Positions 48,651 through 58,860 are shown, counted from the first letter of the stretch. The stretch: DNA of 64,000 nucleotides from SAR202 cluster bacterium (GCA_009392195.1 VFGY01000030.1:1823-65822), one strand, 5' to 3'. The notes: generated by a model from the letters alone, not told the origin. Program-made: numbers and translations.

Positions 48651-48681
48651 GGGGCATCTTAGAGGCAATTAATGATGCCCC
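48651..48681 (+). terminator. GC-rich hairpin GGGGCATC-N15-GATGCCCC after paralogue 2 (possible terminator or attenuator, no clean T-run)
   Basis: 8-bp perfect stem at 48651..48658 and 48674..48681, 14 nt after the stop at 48636. Confidence 0.3.
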
Positions 48682-48713
48682 GCTAATTAAATTGGTGATT
48701 TGGAATATTCAAA

Positions 48714-49574
48714 ATGACAAAAATGGAAGGCTTATATCCAATATTAGCAATGCCATTTGACCAAAGTGGCAATATTGACCTAGAAGATTTGGAAAACGAA
48801 GTTGAATATGGAATTAAAAAAGGTGTTGATGGTATAGGCCTAGCCTTTGGAAGCGAAATTATTAAGTTAACTGATTCAGAAAGAAACACAGTAACAAAAA
48901 CAATAGTTAACCAAGCTAAAAATAGAGTTCCTATTGTAATTAACACTGGAGCAAACAGTACTTTCGCTGCAATACAATATAGCAAACAAGCCGAAAAGAA
49001 CGGAGCCGATGCAATTATGTGTCTGCCGCCTCCTGGGTTACCTAATGAGGCAATAGAAAATTATTTTTCAGAAATCGACAGTAATGTTACCATACCTATA
49101 TTTATTCAGGATGCAGGACATTCCCCAATTCCTGAAGAATTAGGCAATATATTATCTGAAAAATGCAAAAACATCTCCTATGCAAAAATAGAAACTCAGC
49201 CTCCTGCTACCAGAGTTAAAAATTGGATTACCTCCTGCAGCGAGAACATGTCAATTTTTGGAGGGGCTAGTGGAGCATATATTTTAGAAGAACTATCTGC
49301 AGGTTCAAAGGGAACTATGCCACATTTCGGCTATATACCAATGTTTCGAAACGTTATAGATCTGTTTGAGGAAAAATTGTTATCGGCAGCTGAAAAAGAA
49401 TTCAACAAATACGCTTCAATTTTTCGATGCGATCTACCACAACTCCATATGACAAAAGAAATCCTTAAAAGAAAAGGGGTTTTTAAAAATAGCTATATGA
49501 GAGAGCCAACATCTCCTCCAAGCAAATACTCATGGTATGAATTTATTGAAAAATACGAAAAACTAGAAGAATAG
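48714..49574 (+). CDS. DapA/NAL-family aldolase-like protein (paralogue 3)
   Basis: 286 aa. GLAFGSEIIKLTDSER and lysine context SYAKIETQ. Confidence 0.7.
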   Translation: MTKMEGLYPILAMPFDQSGNIDLEDLENEVEYGIKKGVDGIGLAFGSEIIKLTDSERNTVTKTIVNQAKNRVPIVINTGANSTFAAIQYSKQAEKNGADAIMCLPPPGLPNEAIENYFSEIDSNVTIPIFIQDAGHSPIPEELGNILSEKCKNISYAKIETQPPATRVKNWITSCSENMSIFGGASGAYILEELSAGSKGTMPHFGYIPMFRNVIDLFEEKLLSAAEKEFNKYASIFRCDLPQLHMTKEILKRKGVFKNSYMREPTSPPSKYSWYEFIEKYEKLEE

Positions 49575-49578
49575 TATT

Positions 49579-50550
49579 TTAATTGAAAAGATCTTTATTC
49601 CAATCCGACCATTCCTTCATACCTCCCTCTTCTAATATATTGTTTACATGGTCAACGTATTCCTGAGGGGGAGGAGCCTGCCCTGGCATTGCAGGGCCTG
49701 CATCAAGTCCTAACAATTTCAGATATGTCAGTGCGTGCCATGCATCACCTACACTTGACCAACTAGGGTCAGTAGCCAAATTAGGTTTTTGCATAGGCTC
49801 ACCTTTGGTTTCAAACCACAAACGATCATATTCATCATATTTTTCCTGCTTCAATAAATCCCAAAGATGAAGAGATAATCTTGGTACAGCATTACCAAGC
49901 ATATCTATAAAACCCTTCATGCCAGCTCTATGACCTAATGAATACATGGACATGTTATCTATGAATGTAAATCTATCTTTAAAATGTTTTACCATACCTA
50001 TATAGTTATTAAAATTAGATGAACTCCATTTAACTGATATGACATTTTCAAGAGTGGCTAGTCTATCAAATAGACCCGCACTAAATTCATACCCATTTGG
50101 CATTATCCAAAAACTGTTATACACCATTATCCCTATATCGGCTTCCCCATTAACATATTCATGATGCAAAAATATATCTTCTTCAGTTGGAGAAGAATAG
50201 TGTGGCGGCGACAATAAAGCATAATCAATTCCTGCATCAGCAGCATATTTTGCTTTCATAGCTGCTCTTCGTGCACCGGTTTCACTAATCATTACCATGG
50301 TTGGAACAGTCCCCTTCACTTCAGCAACCAATAAATCGACTAATTTAAAATACTCATCATCATTAAGCATATAGGTTTCCCCAACTCCTCCGGATATCAA
50401 TAAGACCCCATTCCCTTCAGATATGCCTTGTTCCATTAACCATCTTATATGTATTCTTTGACGATCCAAAAGCAAATTATATTTATCGTCGTTAAAAGTC
50501 GGTAAAGACACTATGGGCCCAACTAATCTTTCTTGCCATTTTGAATCCAT
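49579..50550 (-). CDS. DapA/NAL-family aldolase-like protein (paralogue 4, opposite strand)
   Basis: 323 aa. SGGVGETYMLNDDEY and ISVKWSSS. Confidence 0.75.
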   Translation of the reverse strand: MDSKWQERLVGPIVSLPTFNDDKYNLLLDRQRIHIRWLMEQGISEGNGVLLISGGVGETYMLNDDEYFKLVDLLVAEVKGTVPTMVMISETGARRAAMKAKYAADAGIDYALLSPPHYSSPTEEDIFLHHEYVNGEADIGIMVYNSFWIMPNGYEFSAGLFDRLATLENVISVKWSSSNFNNYIGMVKHFKDRFTFIDNMSMYSLGHRAGMKGFIDMLGNAVPRLSLHLWDLLKQEKYDEYDRLWFETKGEPMQKPNLATDPSWSSVGDAWHALTYLKLLGLDAGPAMPGQAPPPQEYVDHVNNILEEGGMKEWSDWNKDLFN

Positions 50551-50615
50551 TTAAAAACTCCTTGTATTTATCTTTTAAAATTACTTCGACAATACATTTA
50601 AAACCCAGATAACGA

Positions 50616-51425
50616 TCATTTTTTAGATTTAATCTTTGGATTCATTGCCCAATCAGGATAAAGATTATATATATCGATATCCTTGATTGGAGTGCCAAGT
50701 GCTTGAGGCGGAACAATAAAATCGCCTGTACCGCCAACCATATCAGTCAAATAATAAGTCAACCCTACCGACCTTAAAGTTCTCGCAGACGGAACGTTAA
50801 AAGATCCAACAGTTGCTAAAGGAGTACCTCCTCTATCCAAAATCCATTGCGCAGCTCCATTTACAACAGCTCTTCCCATCCCTGAACCTTGAGCAGAACG
50901 TTCTACTTCCATACCTATTTCATATACATTTTCACCCTTATCTGTCACAGTTGCTAATGCGGCTATCTTTCCTTCACTTTCAACCGCAAAAGCAGAAATT
51001 GGATCGTCCAGATAACAATGCCAGAAAATATCCTTGTCTACAGAAGCCAGTTCTTCTTTATCCGGCATAAACACTCTTTTATCCAAATCTAATCTGCACT
51101 TTTCTTTATCCCCAAAAAGGTAATAAGAAGGCCCCATTATATTTACTCCATCGGGTAGGGTCACTCTCCCTAATTCAAAAGTTCCATAAATAGAAAAAAG
51201 CATATCTTTATCTGTTACTTTAATAAGCTCTTTTAAATCATTCCCCCATTCTTCTCGAGCAAAAATTATCACTGAAGCTTTATACTTTAGTATCCAGATA
51301 GGAACCCAATCAAGGATTTTATCATCAGCAACTATTACTTCATACTTGGGATGTCCTAAGTCTGGTATGGATCCTTGGCATTTTGAACGTATCCAATTTT
51401 CTACTTTAAATTCTAAATCTTCCAT
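50616..51425 (-). CDS. GNAT-family N-acetyltransferase with N-terminal extension
   Basis: 269 aa. Acetyl-CoA loop SAQGSGMGRAV in the C-terminal half. Confidence 0.6.
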   Translation of the reverse strand: MEDLEFKVENWIRSKCQGSIPDLGHPKYEVIVADDKILDWVPIWILKYKASVIIFAREEWGNDLKELIKVTDKDMLFSIYGTFELGRVTLPDGVNIMGPSYYLFGDKEKCRLDLDKRVFMPDKEELASVDKDIFWHCYLDDPISAFAVESEGKIAALATVTDKGENVYEIGMEVERSAQGSGMGRAVVNGAAQWILDRGGTPLATVGSFNVPSARTLRSVGLTYYLTDMVGGTGDFIVPPQALGTPIKDIDIYNLYPDWAMNPKIKSKK

Positions 51426-51561
51426 AAATTCACCACCGAAGAATGTTCTTTTTTAGTTTTTCAATTATACAAATCTTTATTAACAAATATATACATTTGA
51501 TTCCCAGATTTCCAAAATGTTTTAGCTAATTACTAATAAATTAAAAAGTATGTATCTACTA

Positions 51562-52725
51562 CTAAGTAATCCACTTGTCAGTTAATTCGTTCTCTATTTT
51601 TTCAAATTCAACTTTATCTAATTCACCAGTTTTTAGTTTCTCTCTATTAATCCTGATGGCTTTAAGTATCTCAATCTTATCACTTAATCCTTCCAATCTT
51701 TGCCTCTTACTAATATGTACATATTTGTAATACCAAACAGAAAATACAACTATCAAAAACAAAGAAACCGCCAAAAATAGAGGCGCCATTTTAATCAAGT
51801 TTTTGTAACTCAATAAATTCGTAAATCGTTGATAAATTGATGGCTCAGGTAGTCCTCTATAAACTATGTTTATTTCATCTGTACTAAGAAGTTCTTTTTT
51901 TTCCAGCAATTGATAAGTTTCACCTTGCACATCAACTATCGTCTTACTACCATCACCTTTAAAATCTAATTCTCCAATATTTGCAGGCACCATCATGCGA
52001 AAAATCTCAATAGGATAAGGTAAGGACCTTCCCATAAAAAGTTCCTTGTTTTTATAATTCAGATCATAACTATAAAGTACTTCGTGTTCACCGGGAGGAA
52101 CACTAGTATTAAGTGCAAAACCATTATTTACTTCAAAAACTTCAGAGAATTTCAGAACAGTATCTAAACTTAATTTTTCAAAACCCGAAGGTAATCCGAA
52201 TCTAACTAAACTCATCGGAGAATCCCCAGGTATGTAAGTCGAAAACGAGTCATTGTATAGGGTTTGCATTTCTAAAACCCTTATCCTCATGTTGATTTTA
52301 TCTATCGCACCAATAAATACAGAATGATTTAGTACACGTAAAACATTTTGATCACTTGTTGAGTTATAAACCTCAATCAGTATTGGTTTATTTGAAAAAA
52401 TTTGTTCTCCAGTTACAGATGTACCGTATACAGCATTTTCATAAACAACAGTGAATACATACAAGTTTTCATTCAAAACAGGCTCTTCAGAAACAAACCG
52501 AAACCCTCCATCAGTTCCAGTAACCGCTACTGACGGGGGCTTAGTGGCATCTGGCACACTCATAAATACTTCTATACTTGATAGATCTGTTTCAGGATTA
52601 GTATTGTTTATAAGAGCACCCAATATGACAATAGAACCCGTATTTTCGTCAGCATAAGTTATAAATTCATACTCATATACTAATAAAATTATTGTTAGTA
52701 AAAAAAATGCTTTAATTTTCTTCAT
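51562..52725 (-). CDS. Secreted/membrane-anchored protein with a carboxypeptidase-regulatory-like beta-sandwich, last gene of the ccmH-ccmF cluster
   Basis: 387 aa. Signal peptide, VAVTGTDGGFRFVSE-type motif, C-proximal TM and charged tail. Overlaps the upstream gene by 14 nt. Confidence 0.5.
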   Translation of the reverse strand: MKKIKAFFLLTIILLVYEYEFITYADENTGSIVILGALINNTNPETDLSSIEVFMSVPDATKPPSVAVTGTDGGFRFVSEEPVLNENLYVFTVVYENAVYGTSVTGEQIFSNKPILIEVYNSTSDQNVLRVLNHSVFIGAIDKINMRIRVLEMQTLYNDSFSTYIPGDSPMSLVRFGLPSGFEKLSLDTVLKFSEVFEVNNGFALNTSVPPGEHEVLYSYDLNYKNKELFMGRSLPYPIEIFRMMVPANIGELDFKGDGSKTIVDVQGETYQLLEKKELLSTDEINIVYRGLPEPSIYQRFTNLLSYKNLIKMAPLFLAVSLFLIVVFSVWYYKYVHISKRQRLEGLSDKIEILKAIRINREKLKTGELDKVEFEKIENELTDKWIT

Positions 52726-53062
52726 TGGGAAACAATTTTTTTTCTAATAGATCCATCTGTTGTAACTTTTCCACTCTAATCGTATCCTCTAAACTATTTA
52801 AAGCAATCTTCGATTCCTCGACATAAAGTCTTTTTAATTCTTGTCCCTCTAATTGAGTCATATTGCCAACCATGACTTCTAAATCAACATTACTTATTCC
52901 TTCTTGAACAACATTTGATATCTGCATTATCAAGTCATCAATTTCATCATTGCCACTCTTGTCTGAATTGGAAAACCCATACAAAAACGGACGAATTGCT
53001 AGTACAAGACAAAAACTTACTAAAATCAATGCTACAACCAAAACTATCAATTGATTATCCAT
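52712..53062 (-). CDS. Small single-TM protein in the ccm cluster (possibly CcmI N-terminal-like)
   Basis: 116 aa. N-terminal TM then a helical acidic region. Starts 2 nt after the ccmF stop. Confidence 0.45.
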   Translation of the reverse strand: MDNQLIVLVVALILVSFCLVLAIRPFLYGFSNSDKSGNDEIDDLIMQISNVVQEGISNVDLEVMVGNMTQLEGQELKRLYVEESKIALNSLEDTIRVEKLQQMDLLEKKLFPNEEN

Positions 53063-53064
53063 TT

Positions 53065-55032
53065 CTATCCACCTCTTGTTCCCACATGTTGCTGATAATT
53101 AATTTTGTGAGACACTGCAATCAACGCACCTAACATCATCACTGGACCAGCTGCCCACATCCACCAAACCAAAGGATTTACATAAACTCTAAAAACAGCT
53201 TTACCAGCATCATCAAATTCAGAGGGTACAATATAGAAATCCTCTATTGGATTTGACCTGATCGCAGCCCTTGTCGCAGCTATATTGTGAGAGGGATAGT
53301 ATGTCCTTGTAGCAACCATACCACCTAAATCATTTTGTTTTTTATATACCTGAAATTCAGCAGATTTCTCAATTCTATCACCAAAATTCGATTCTTTAAT
53401 ATTTAGGTAATTAAATTCATAATCACCTATTCTAGCGGATTCACCAGGAATCAGAACAAAATCTTTTTGGACATCATAAAATGAGGATCCTATTGCCCCA
53501 ATAGCTAACATAGCAATGCCCAAATGAACTATATATCCTCCGTATCTAGTCCTGTTGGAATTCAAAATTTTTATAATAGCAACAGCGTAATTTTCTCCTC
53601 TTTTATGTCTCGCAATAGAACCTTTTATCCATTCTTGCGAAATAGTAAAAATTGCCATGACACATGTCCAGATTCCTACAATAGCAGGTAATTGGGTTAT
53701 GCCAATAGCTATCAGGAATGCTATAAGAATTAAGCTACTAACAAATGGGTATATTAATAGCCTGAATGCCTGAGACGCAGTTGTTTTTCGCCATGGTAAT
53801 ACCGGTCCAACCGACATTAACATAACAATCAGTAGCAATAGTGGACCATTCACTAAATCAAAAAATGGTTTGCCTACTGTTAGGTCAGTATCACTGGCAA
53901 CATCAGCAAAAACAGGATACAAGGTTCCCCAGAGGGTGACCATAGCTACAATCACAAAAAGTACGTTTTGAGCTAAAAATGCGCTTTCCCTACAAATAGC
54001 CGATTCAAGATTCCTATCACTGCTAAAAATCTTGACTCTAGATGCAAAAATCAAAAGAGATGCAATCATAGTAAATACCATGAAAGATAAAAACACCCAT
54101 CCCATTGTTGATTGTGCAAAAGAATGCACAGATGGTACCGGCCCACCTCTATTTATAAACATACCAAGTTCCGCCAATGTGAAAGCTAGAATTACCAAAA
54201 TTATATTCCACATCCTGAACATACCACGTCTTTTTTGAACAATTATTGAATGAATAAATGCAGTTAAAACAAGCCAAGGCATTAACGCTGAATTTTCAAC
54301 TGGATCCCAAGCCCAATACCCTCCCCAACCGAGTATTGTATATGCCCACCATGACCCCAAAATTAAACCAATTGTCAAAATACACCAAGAAAGCATACCC
54401 CAAAACCTACCGACCTCTATCCATGTATCTATACCATGTTTACCTGAAAGCATAGCTCCTATTCCCAAACTAAACGGTATACATACCGCTATTAACCCTC
54501 CCATTTGCATAGGAGGGTGCACAAACATTCCAAAATGTACTAATAAAGGATTTATACCTTCACCGTTTACAGGTATATTTGCTAAACGTTGAAACGGTTC
54601 AGCCAAGAAGGCAGTTACAGCCAAAAAAAACGTCAATATGATTATCATAGTACCCATGCTGTAAGAAGCAATAATTGGCGCTCGTTTAAAAATATGATTG
54701 GAAACGACAATAGACAGAATTGAAAACACTAAGCATATAAATAACAAAGAGCCTGCGTTTCCTGCATAAAAAGCGACCCATGTGTAAACTCTAGGCATTT
54801 CCAAATTACTATTTTCAGCAACATATTTCACTGAAAAATCATTATTTACAAACGCATATACTAATGCAAAAGTTGCTATGGCAACCAAAATTGGCACACC
54901 ATATAGTGCTGACTTGCCACTAGCAATTAGAACGTTAATACCTAATGCCTTGCCTAGAATTAAACAGAAGGCTATATAAGTACATAGTACACAGCTTAAA
55001 ATTAAAGAAAAATTACCAATATCAACTATCAT
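53065..55032 (-). CDS. ccmF: Cytochrome c-type biogenesis protein CcmF (heme lyase)
   Basis: 655 aa, polytopic. WWD motif GWGGYWAWDPVEN. Confidence 0.9.
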   Translation of the reverse strand: MIVDIGNFSLILSCVLCTYIAFCLILGKALGINVLIASGKSALYGVPILVAIATFALVYAFVNNDFSVKYVAENSNLEMPRVYTWVAFYAGNAGSLLFICLVFSILSIVVSNHIFKRAPIIASYSMGTMIIILTFFLAVTAFLAEPFQRLANIPVNGEGINPLLVHFGMFVHPPMQMGGLIAVCIPFSLGIGAMLSGKHGIDTWIEVGRFWGMLSWCILTIGLILGSWWAYTILGWGGYWAWDPVENSALMPWLVLTAFIHSIIVQKRRGMFRMWNIILVILAFTLAELGMFINRGGPVPSVHSFAQSTMGWVFLSFMVFTMIASLLIFASRVKIFSSDRNLESAICRESAFLAQNVLFVIVAMVTLWGTLYPVFADVASDTDLTVGKPFFDLVNGPLLLLIVMLMSVGPVLPWRKTTASQAFRLLIYPFVSSLILIAFLIAIGITQLPAIVGIWTCVMAIFTISQEWIKGSIARHKRGENYAVAIIKILNSNRTRYGGYIVHLGIAMLAIGAIGSSFYDVQKDFVLIPGESARIGDYEFNYLNIKESNFGDRIEKSAEFQVYKKQNDLGGMVATRTYYPSHNIAATRAAIRSNPIEDFYIVPSEFDDAGKAVFRVYVNPLVWWMWAAGPVMMLGALIAVSHKINYQQHVGTRGG

Positions 55033-55040
55033 ATACTTAG

Positions 55041-55448
55041 CTATTCAACTCGTAATTTGGACCTTATATAGAATACAAATAGGATAGCAGATGAGACTAG
55101 TATAAAAGGAGGTATTATCCACGCTATTATAGAAAAACCGCTGAACGGAGGGTTCATAACTACCCTCGGTCCATATCTTTGAACAAAGTAATCTTTTATT
55201 TGTTTGTCAGTCCACCCTTCACGTACCTTCTCTTCAACTATAGCTCGCATCTGAGACGAAAGCTCATTTTGAGATTGGTCAATTGATTCACCAGGACACA
55301 CAGGACACATCAATACCTTATTTAACTCTTGAATCCTTTTATCTTCTTCAAGAATAACCACGCTTGAAAAACATCCCAAAATCACCAGTGAACCGATTGC
55401 GGTTATTGTCACAAAAAAATATTTAGAAAAACTAAAATTGATGCACAT
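55041..55448 (-). CDS. ccmH: Cytochrome c-type biogenesis protein CcmH/CycL
   Basis: LMCPVCPGESIDQS redox motif and C-terminal TM. ATG 55448 gives a signal-peptide-like N-terminus. The track ORF from 55517 is likely over-extended. Confidence 0.8.
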   Translation of the reverse strand: MCINFSFSKYFFVTITAIGSLVILGCFSSVVILEEDKRIQELNKVLMCPVCPGESIDQSQNELSSQMRAIVEEKVREGWTDKQIKDYFVQRYGPRVVMNPPFSGFSIIAWIIPPFILVSSAILFVFYIRSKLRVE

Positions 55449-55566
55449 AGCTACCCACAATTCTAGATTAACACAAAAACAATTTGTTTTTCCTACAACA
55501 CAGATACTTAGAAGCAAAGGAATTTGTTATAATCTTAGTTCATTAGTATTAAGGATCACCTACAAC

Positions 55567-56559
55567 ATGTCAGTTATAGCAATAATCTCAGATAGCGATG
55601 GATCTGGAAAAACAGCCACCGCATCAGCCTTAAAAATACAATTCGAAAAAGCCGGTTTAGAATTAAATCTCATCAAATTACATTCGCTTACCGAAAATAG
55701 TGAAGTGGAGAACGAAATATACACAAACCTCCAACCACAAAGTAAAGAGCCTACTAGCATTGCAATAGATTCTAGCCCAATTAAAAAAACCGATATTCAA
55801 AATCTAAAATCTATAGTCAAAAAAACGACCGCTAGGAACAATATTTTAGCTATAGAAATAGCATCCTCCCTGAATAATGGCTTAGATACGATAGTCACAG
55901 AATTAGATGCGAAAATACTGATTGTATCAGAACATACTTCCGATATGCCGAATCTCTCATTAAGAAAATTGACCAATAACTTTAGTGACAAAATTATTGG
56001 AATTATAATAAATAAACAGTTACGATACCGAAAAAATGAATTAAATGAAAAAGTCTTACCACAGTTATTACAAAATGACGTTAATTGCTTAGGAATAATC
56101 CCAGAAAACAAATCCCTCATGGCAATAAGTCTAATTGAATTAGCAAAGTATCTTGAAGCAAAATTAGTCACCGATATCGAACCAACAGATAAATTAATTG
56201 ATTATTTTCTTGTAGGGGGAATGGGGTTAGACCCAGGGAAGTCATATTTCGCGACCAGAAATCAAAAAGCGGCTGTGATAAGAGGAGATAGACCAGATTT
56301 GCAAATGGCAGCTTTAGAAACAGATCCAGAATGTTTGATACTCACTAATGGAATTGACCCCATAGAATATGTTAAATATGAAGCAGAAGAAAAAAATATA
56401 CCTGTTTACGTGGTAGAAAAATCGACACAGGAAATAATGTCCCTTTTAAATAATGTCCACACCACAGTAAATTTTAATCACGCTCAAAAAATTGATGTTT
56501 TTACTGATTCATTCTCCAAATATGTTAATATCGAACCCATCAGCAAAATAATCAATTAA
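55567..56559 (+). CDS. Stand-alone BioD-like + DRTGG-domain protein (resembles the phosphotransacetylase N-terminal region)
   Basis: ATG 55567 (MSVIAIISDSDGSGKTATASAL) and later AAVIRGDRPDLQMAALE...CLILTNG. The track ORF from 55438 would overlap ccmH. Confidence 0.6.
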   Translation: MSVIAIISDSDGSGKTATASALKIQFEKAGLELNLIKLHSLTENSEVENEIYTNLQPQSKEPTSIAIDSSPIKKTDIQNLKSIVKKTTARNNILAIEIASSLNNGLDTIVTELDAKILIVSEHTSDMPNLSLRKLTNNFSDKIIGIIINKQLRYRKNELNEKVLPQLLQNDVNCLGIIPENKSLMAISLIELAKYLEAKLVTDIEPTDKLIDYFLVGGMGLDPGKSYFATRNQKAAVIRGDRPDLQMAALETDPECLILTNGIDPIEYVKYEAEEKNIPVYVVEKSTQEIMSLLNNVHTTVNFNHAQKIDVFTDSFSKYVNIEPISKIIN

Positions 56560-56631
56560 TCTGTTCACTTCCAATTAAAAACAAGCATTAAATCGGTTTG
56601 TAAAAACCAGAAATATTCATACTATAAATAC

Positions 56632-58851
56632 ATGAATATCGAACAAGATTTTTTGTCTTCTCTTAATAAAAATCAACGTGAAGCAGTTGAACATACAAAT
56701 GGTCCGGTTCTAGTAGTTGCAGGACCTGGCAGTGGGAAAACTAGAGTTATCACCTCTAGAATCGCAAACCTAATCATCAATAACAACGTTCATCCTTACC
56801 AGATTGCTGCTTTGACATTCACCAATAAAGCGGCTAAAGAAATGAAACAACGTATTGAGGAAATAATACCAAATCCAGACAATAGCATGTTTGTAGGAAC
56901 ATTTCATTCTTTTTGTGCATTAGCACTCAGGAGAGATGGCGACAAAATCGGGTTAGATAGAAGATTTGTAATATATGACGATACTGACCAGATAGCTTGC
57001 ATGAAAATGATAATGGAAGAACTTAATATCGACCCAGATAGATATCCTCCAAGAGCTATCTTATCTACAATTTCAAAATCAAAAAGTAAATTGATAGATG
57101 CAGAAGGTTTCAAAATATCTAAAACTAATTACTTTGAAGAAATTGTGCATAGAATCTACGAGAAATATCAAGCTCAACTAATTAATACTCCGGCTGTTGA
57201 TTTTGACGATTTACTTATGTTGACAGTTAAATTATTTAACACAAGAAAAGATATTAAAGAAACATACCAAGAACGATTTAAACAAGTTCTTGTTGATGAA
57301 TTCCAAGACACCAATACCTCTCAGTATGAAATAGCTAAAACTCTGACTGCTACACATCAAAACATTTGTGTCGTTGGAGACCCTGACCAATCAATTTATT
57401 CATGGAGGAACGCCGATATACGTAACATTCTGAGTTTTCAGTCTGACTTCCCTAAAGCCAAAATCATCGCTTTGGAAGAAAACTATAGGTCTACTAAAAC
57501 TATATTAAACGCAGCACAATCAATAATAACTCAAAATAAAAATCGGGTGGAAAAGGATTTATGGACCAATAATAACAAGGGAACCCGTGTTTCAATTTAC
57601 GAAGCTTATAACGATAAAGAAGAAGCTATGTTCGTAATTCAGCAAATAAGGAATATAATTGCTAATTACCCACTAACCCTAGGAGATTGTGCAGTAATGT
57701 ACAGAGTTAATGCGCAATCGAGGTCTTTGGAAGAAATATGCTTACAGACGGAAACGCCATATCAAATTGTTGGAACTTTAAAATTTTATCAACGACAAGA
57801 AATCAAAGACACAATAGCTTACCTAAGAGTATCCATAAATAAGTCTGATAACGTCAGTTTAATGCGAATAATAAACAATCCTCCAAGAGGGATTGGAACC
57901 AAAACTATTGACCATCTTCTATGGGTGTCAAAAAATAGAGAATCAAGCTTATATCAAACTATAAGCGAAGTCATACAGAGTGAAACCAACAACACAGGGT
58001 TAAACCAAAGAGCAATCAAAGCACTAACCACTTTCAAAAATATGGTAGACCAAATAGCTGATAATATTCAAAACAAGTCACTAATTGACTTTATAAAATT
58101 TGTTCTAAGTTTTTCAGGCTATCAAAAACATATTGTAAATAAACCAGATAGAGGTCAGGAACGTTGGGAAAACATTCAAGAATTTATGAATATAGCTAAT
58201 GAATTTCAAGAGCAAAATCCGGAGCAAGGGATTGGAGAATTTTTAGAATCAATATCTTTAATGACTGATACTGATAATTTATCTGATGAAGAAGAAAAAT
58301 TGACTTTAATCACCCTCCACCAATCAAAAGGATTAGAATTCCCTGTTGTTTTCATGATTGGAATGGAAGAAGGTCTACTTCCGCATTCACGGTCAATGGA
58401 AGATGAGCAAGAAATGGAAGAAGAACGACGTCTATGTTATGTTGGAATGACAAGAGCAAAACAAATATTGTATTTAGTAAGGGCATTTAAAAGAGGTTTC
58501 GGAAATAATTTTGGACCTACCATTCCATCAAGATTTTTATCTGAAATTCCAGACCATTTAATACGCTATCCATTTGAAGATTCGCGTAATTTGAATTTAC
58601 CTGTATTTGATGTTGAATCAAATACAAATACTAGAAACAATCATGACATTAGCAATACTAAGCTTCAAGAAACTACATCAAAATCTTTAGATATCGATAA
58701 GGGAGATAAAATTATTCATGAGGCTTTTGGAGAAGGGCTTGTAATGGAAATAAAACCCACTTCAAACGATGTAGAATTAACAATAGTATTTAAAGACGGT
58801 GCAGGAGTGAAACGATTTTTAGGTAGTATAGCTCCTATCAAAAAACAATAA
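56632..58851 (+). CDS. pcrA: ATP-dependent DNA helicase PcrA/UvrD
   Basis: 739 aa. AGPGSGKT, VDEFQDTN, ENYRST, TLHQSKGLEFPVVF, YVGMTRAK. Confidence 0.9.
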   Translation: MNIEQDFLSSLNKNQREAVEHTNGPVLVVAGPGSGKTRVITSRIANLIINNNVHPYQIAALTFTNKAAKEMKQRIEEIIPNPDNSMFVGTFHSFCALALRRDGDKIGLDRRFVIYDDTDQIACMKMIMEELNIDPDRYPPRAILSTISKSKSKLIDAEGFKISKTNYFEEIVHRIYEKYQAQLINTPAVDFDDLLMLTVKLFNTRKDIKETYQERFKQVLVDEFQDTNTSQYEIAKTLTATHQNICVVGDPDQSIYSWRNADIRNILSFQSDFPKAKIIALEENYRSTKTILNAAQSIITQNKNRVEKDLWTNNNKGTRVSIYEAYNDKEEAMFVIQQIRNIIANYPLTLGDCAVMYRVNAQSRSLEEICLQTETPYQIVGTLKFYQRQEIKDTIAYLRVSINKSDNVSLMRIINNPPRGIGTKTIDHLLWVSKNRESSLYQTISEVIQSETNNTGLNQRAIKALTTFKNMVDQIADNIQNKSLIDFIKFVLSFSGYQKHIVNKPDRGQERWENIQEFMNIANEFQEQNPEQGIGEFLESISLMTDTDNLSDEEEKLTLITLHQSKGLEFPVVFMIGMEEGLLPHSRSMEDEQEMEEERRLCYVGMTRAKQILYLVRAFKRGFGNNFGPTIPSRFLSEIPDHLIRYPFEDSRNLNLPVFDVESNTNTRNNHDISNTKLQETTSKSLDIDKGDKIIHEAFGEGLVMEIKPTSNDVELTIVFKDGAGVKRFLGSIAPIKKQ

Positions 58852-58860
58852 AAAAATTAA

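Noticed and set aside
55438-55566. N-terminal 43-codon extension of the DRTGG ORF overlapping the ccmH 5' region on the other strand
   Set aside because: The extension has no family similarity. ATG 55567 yields the expected MSVIAIISDSDGSGKT start. Likewise ccmH is better started at ATG 55448.
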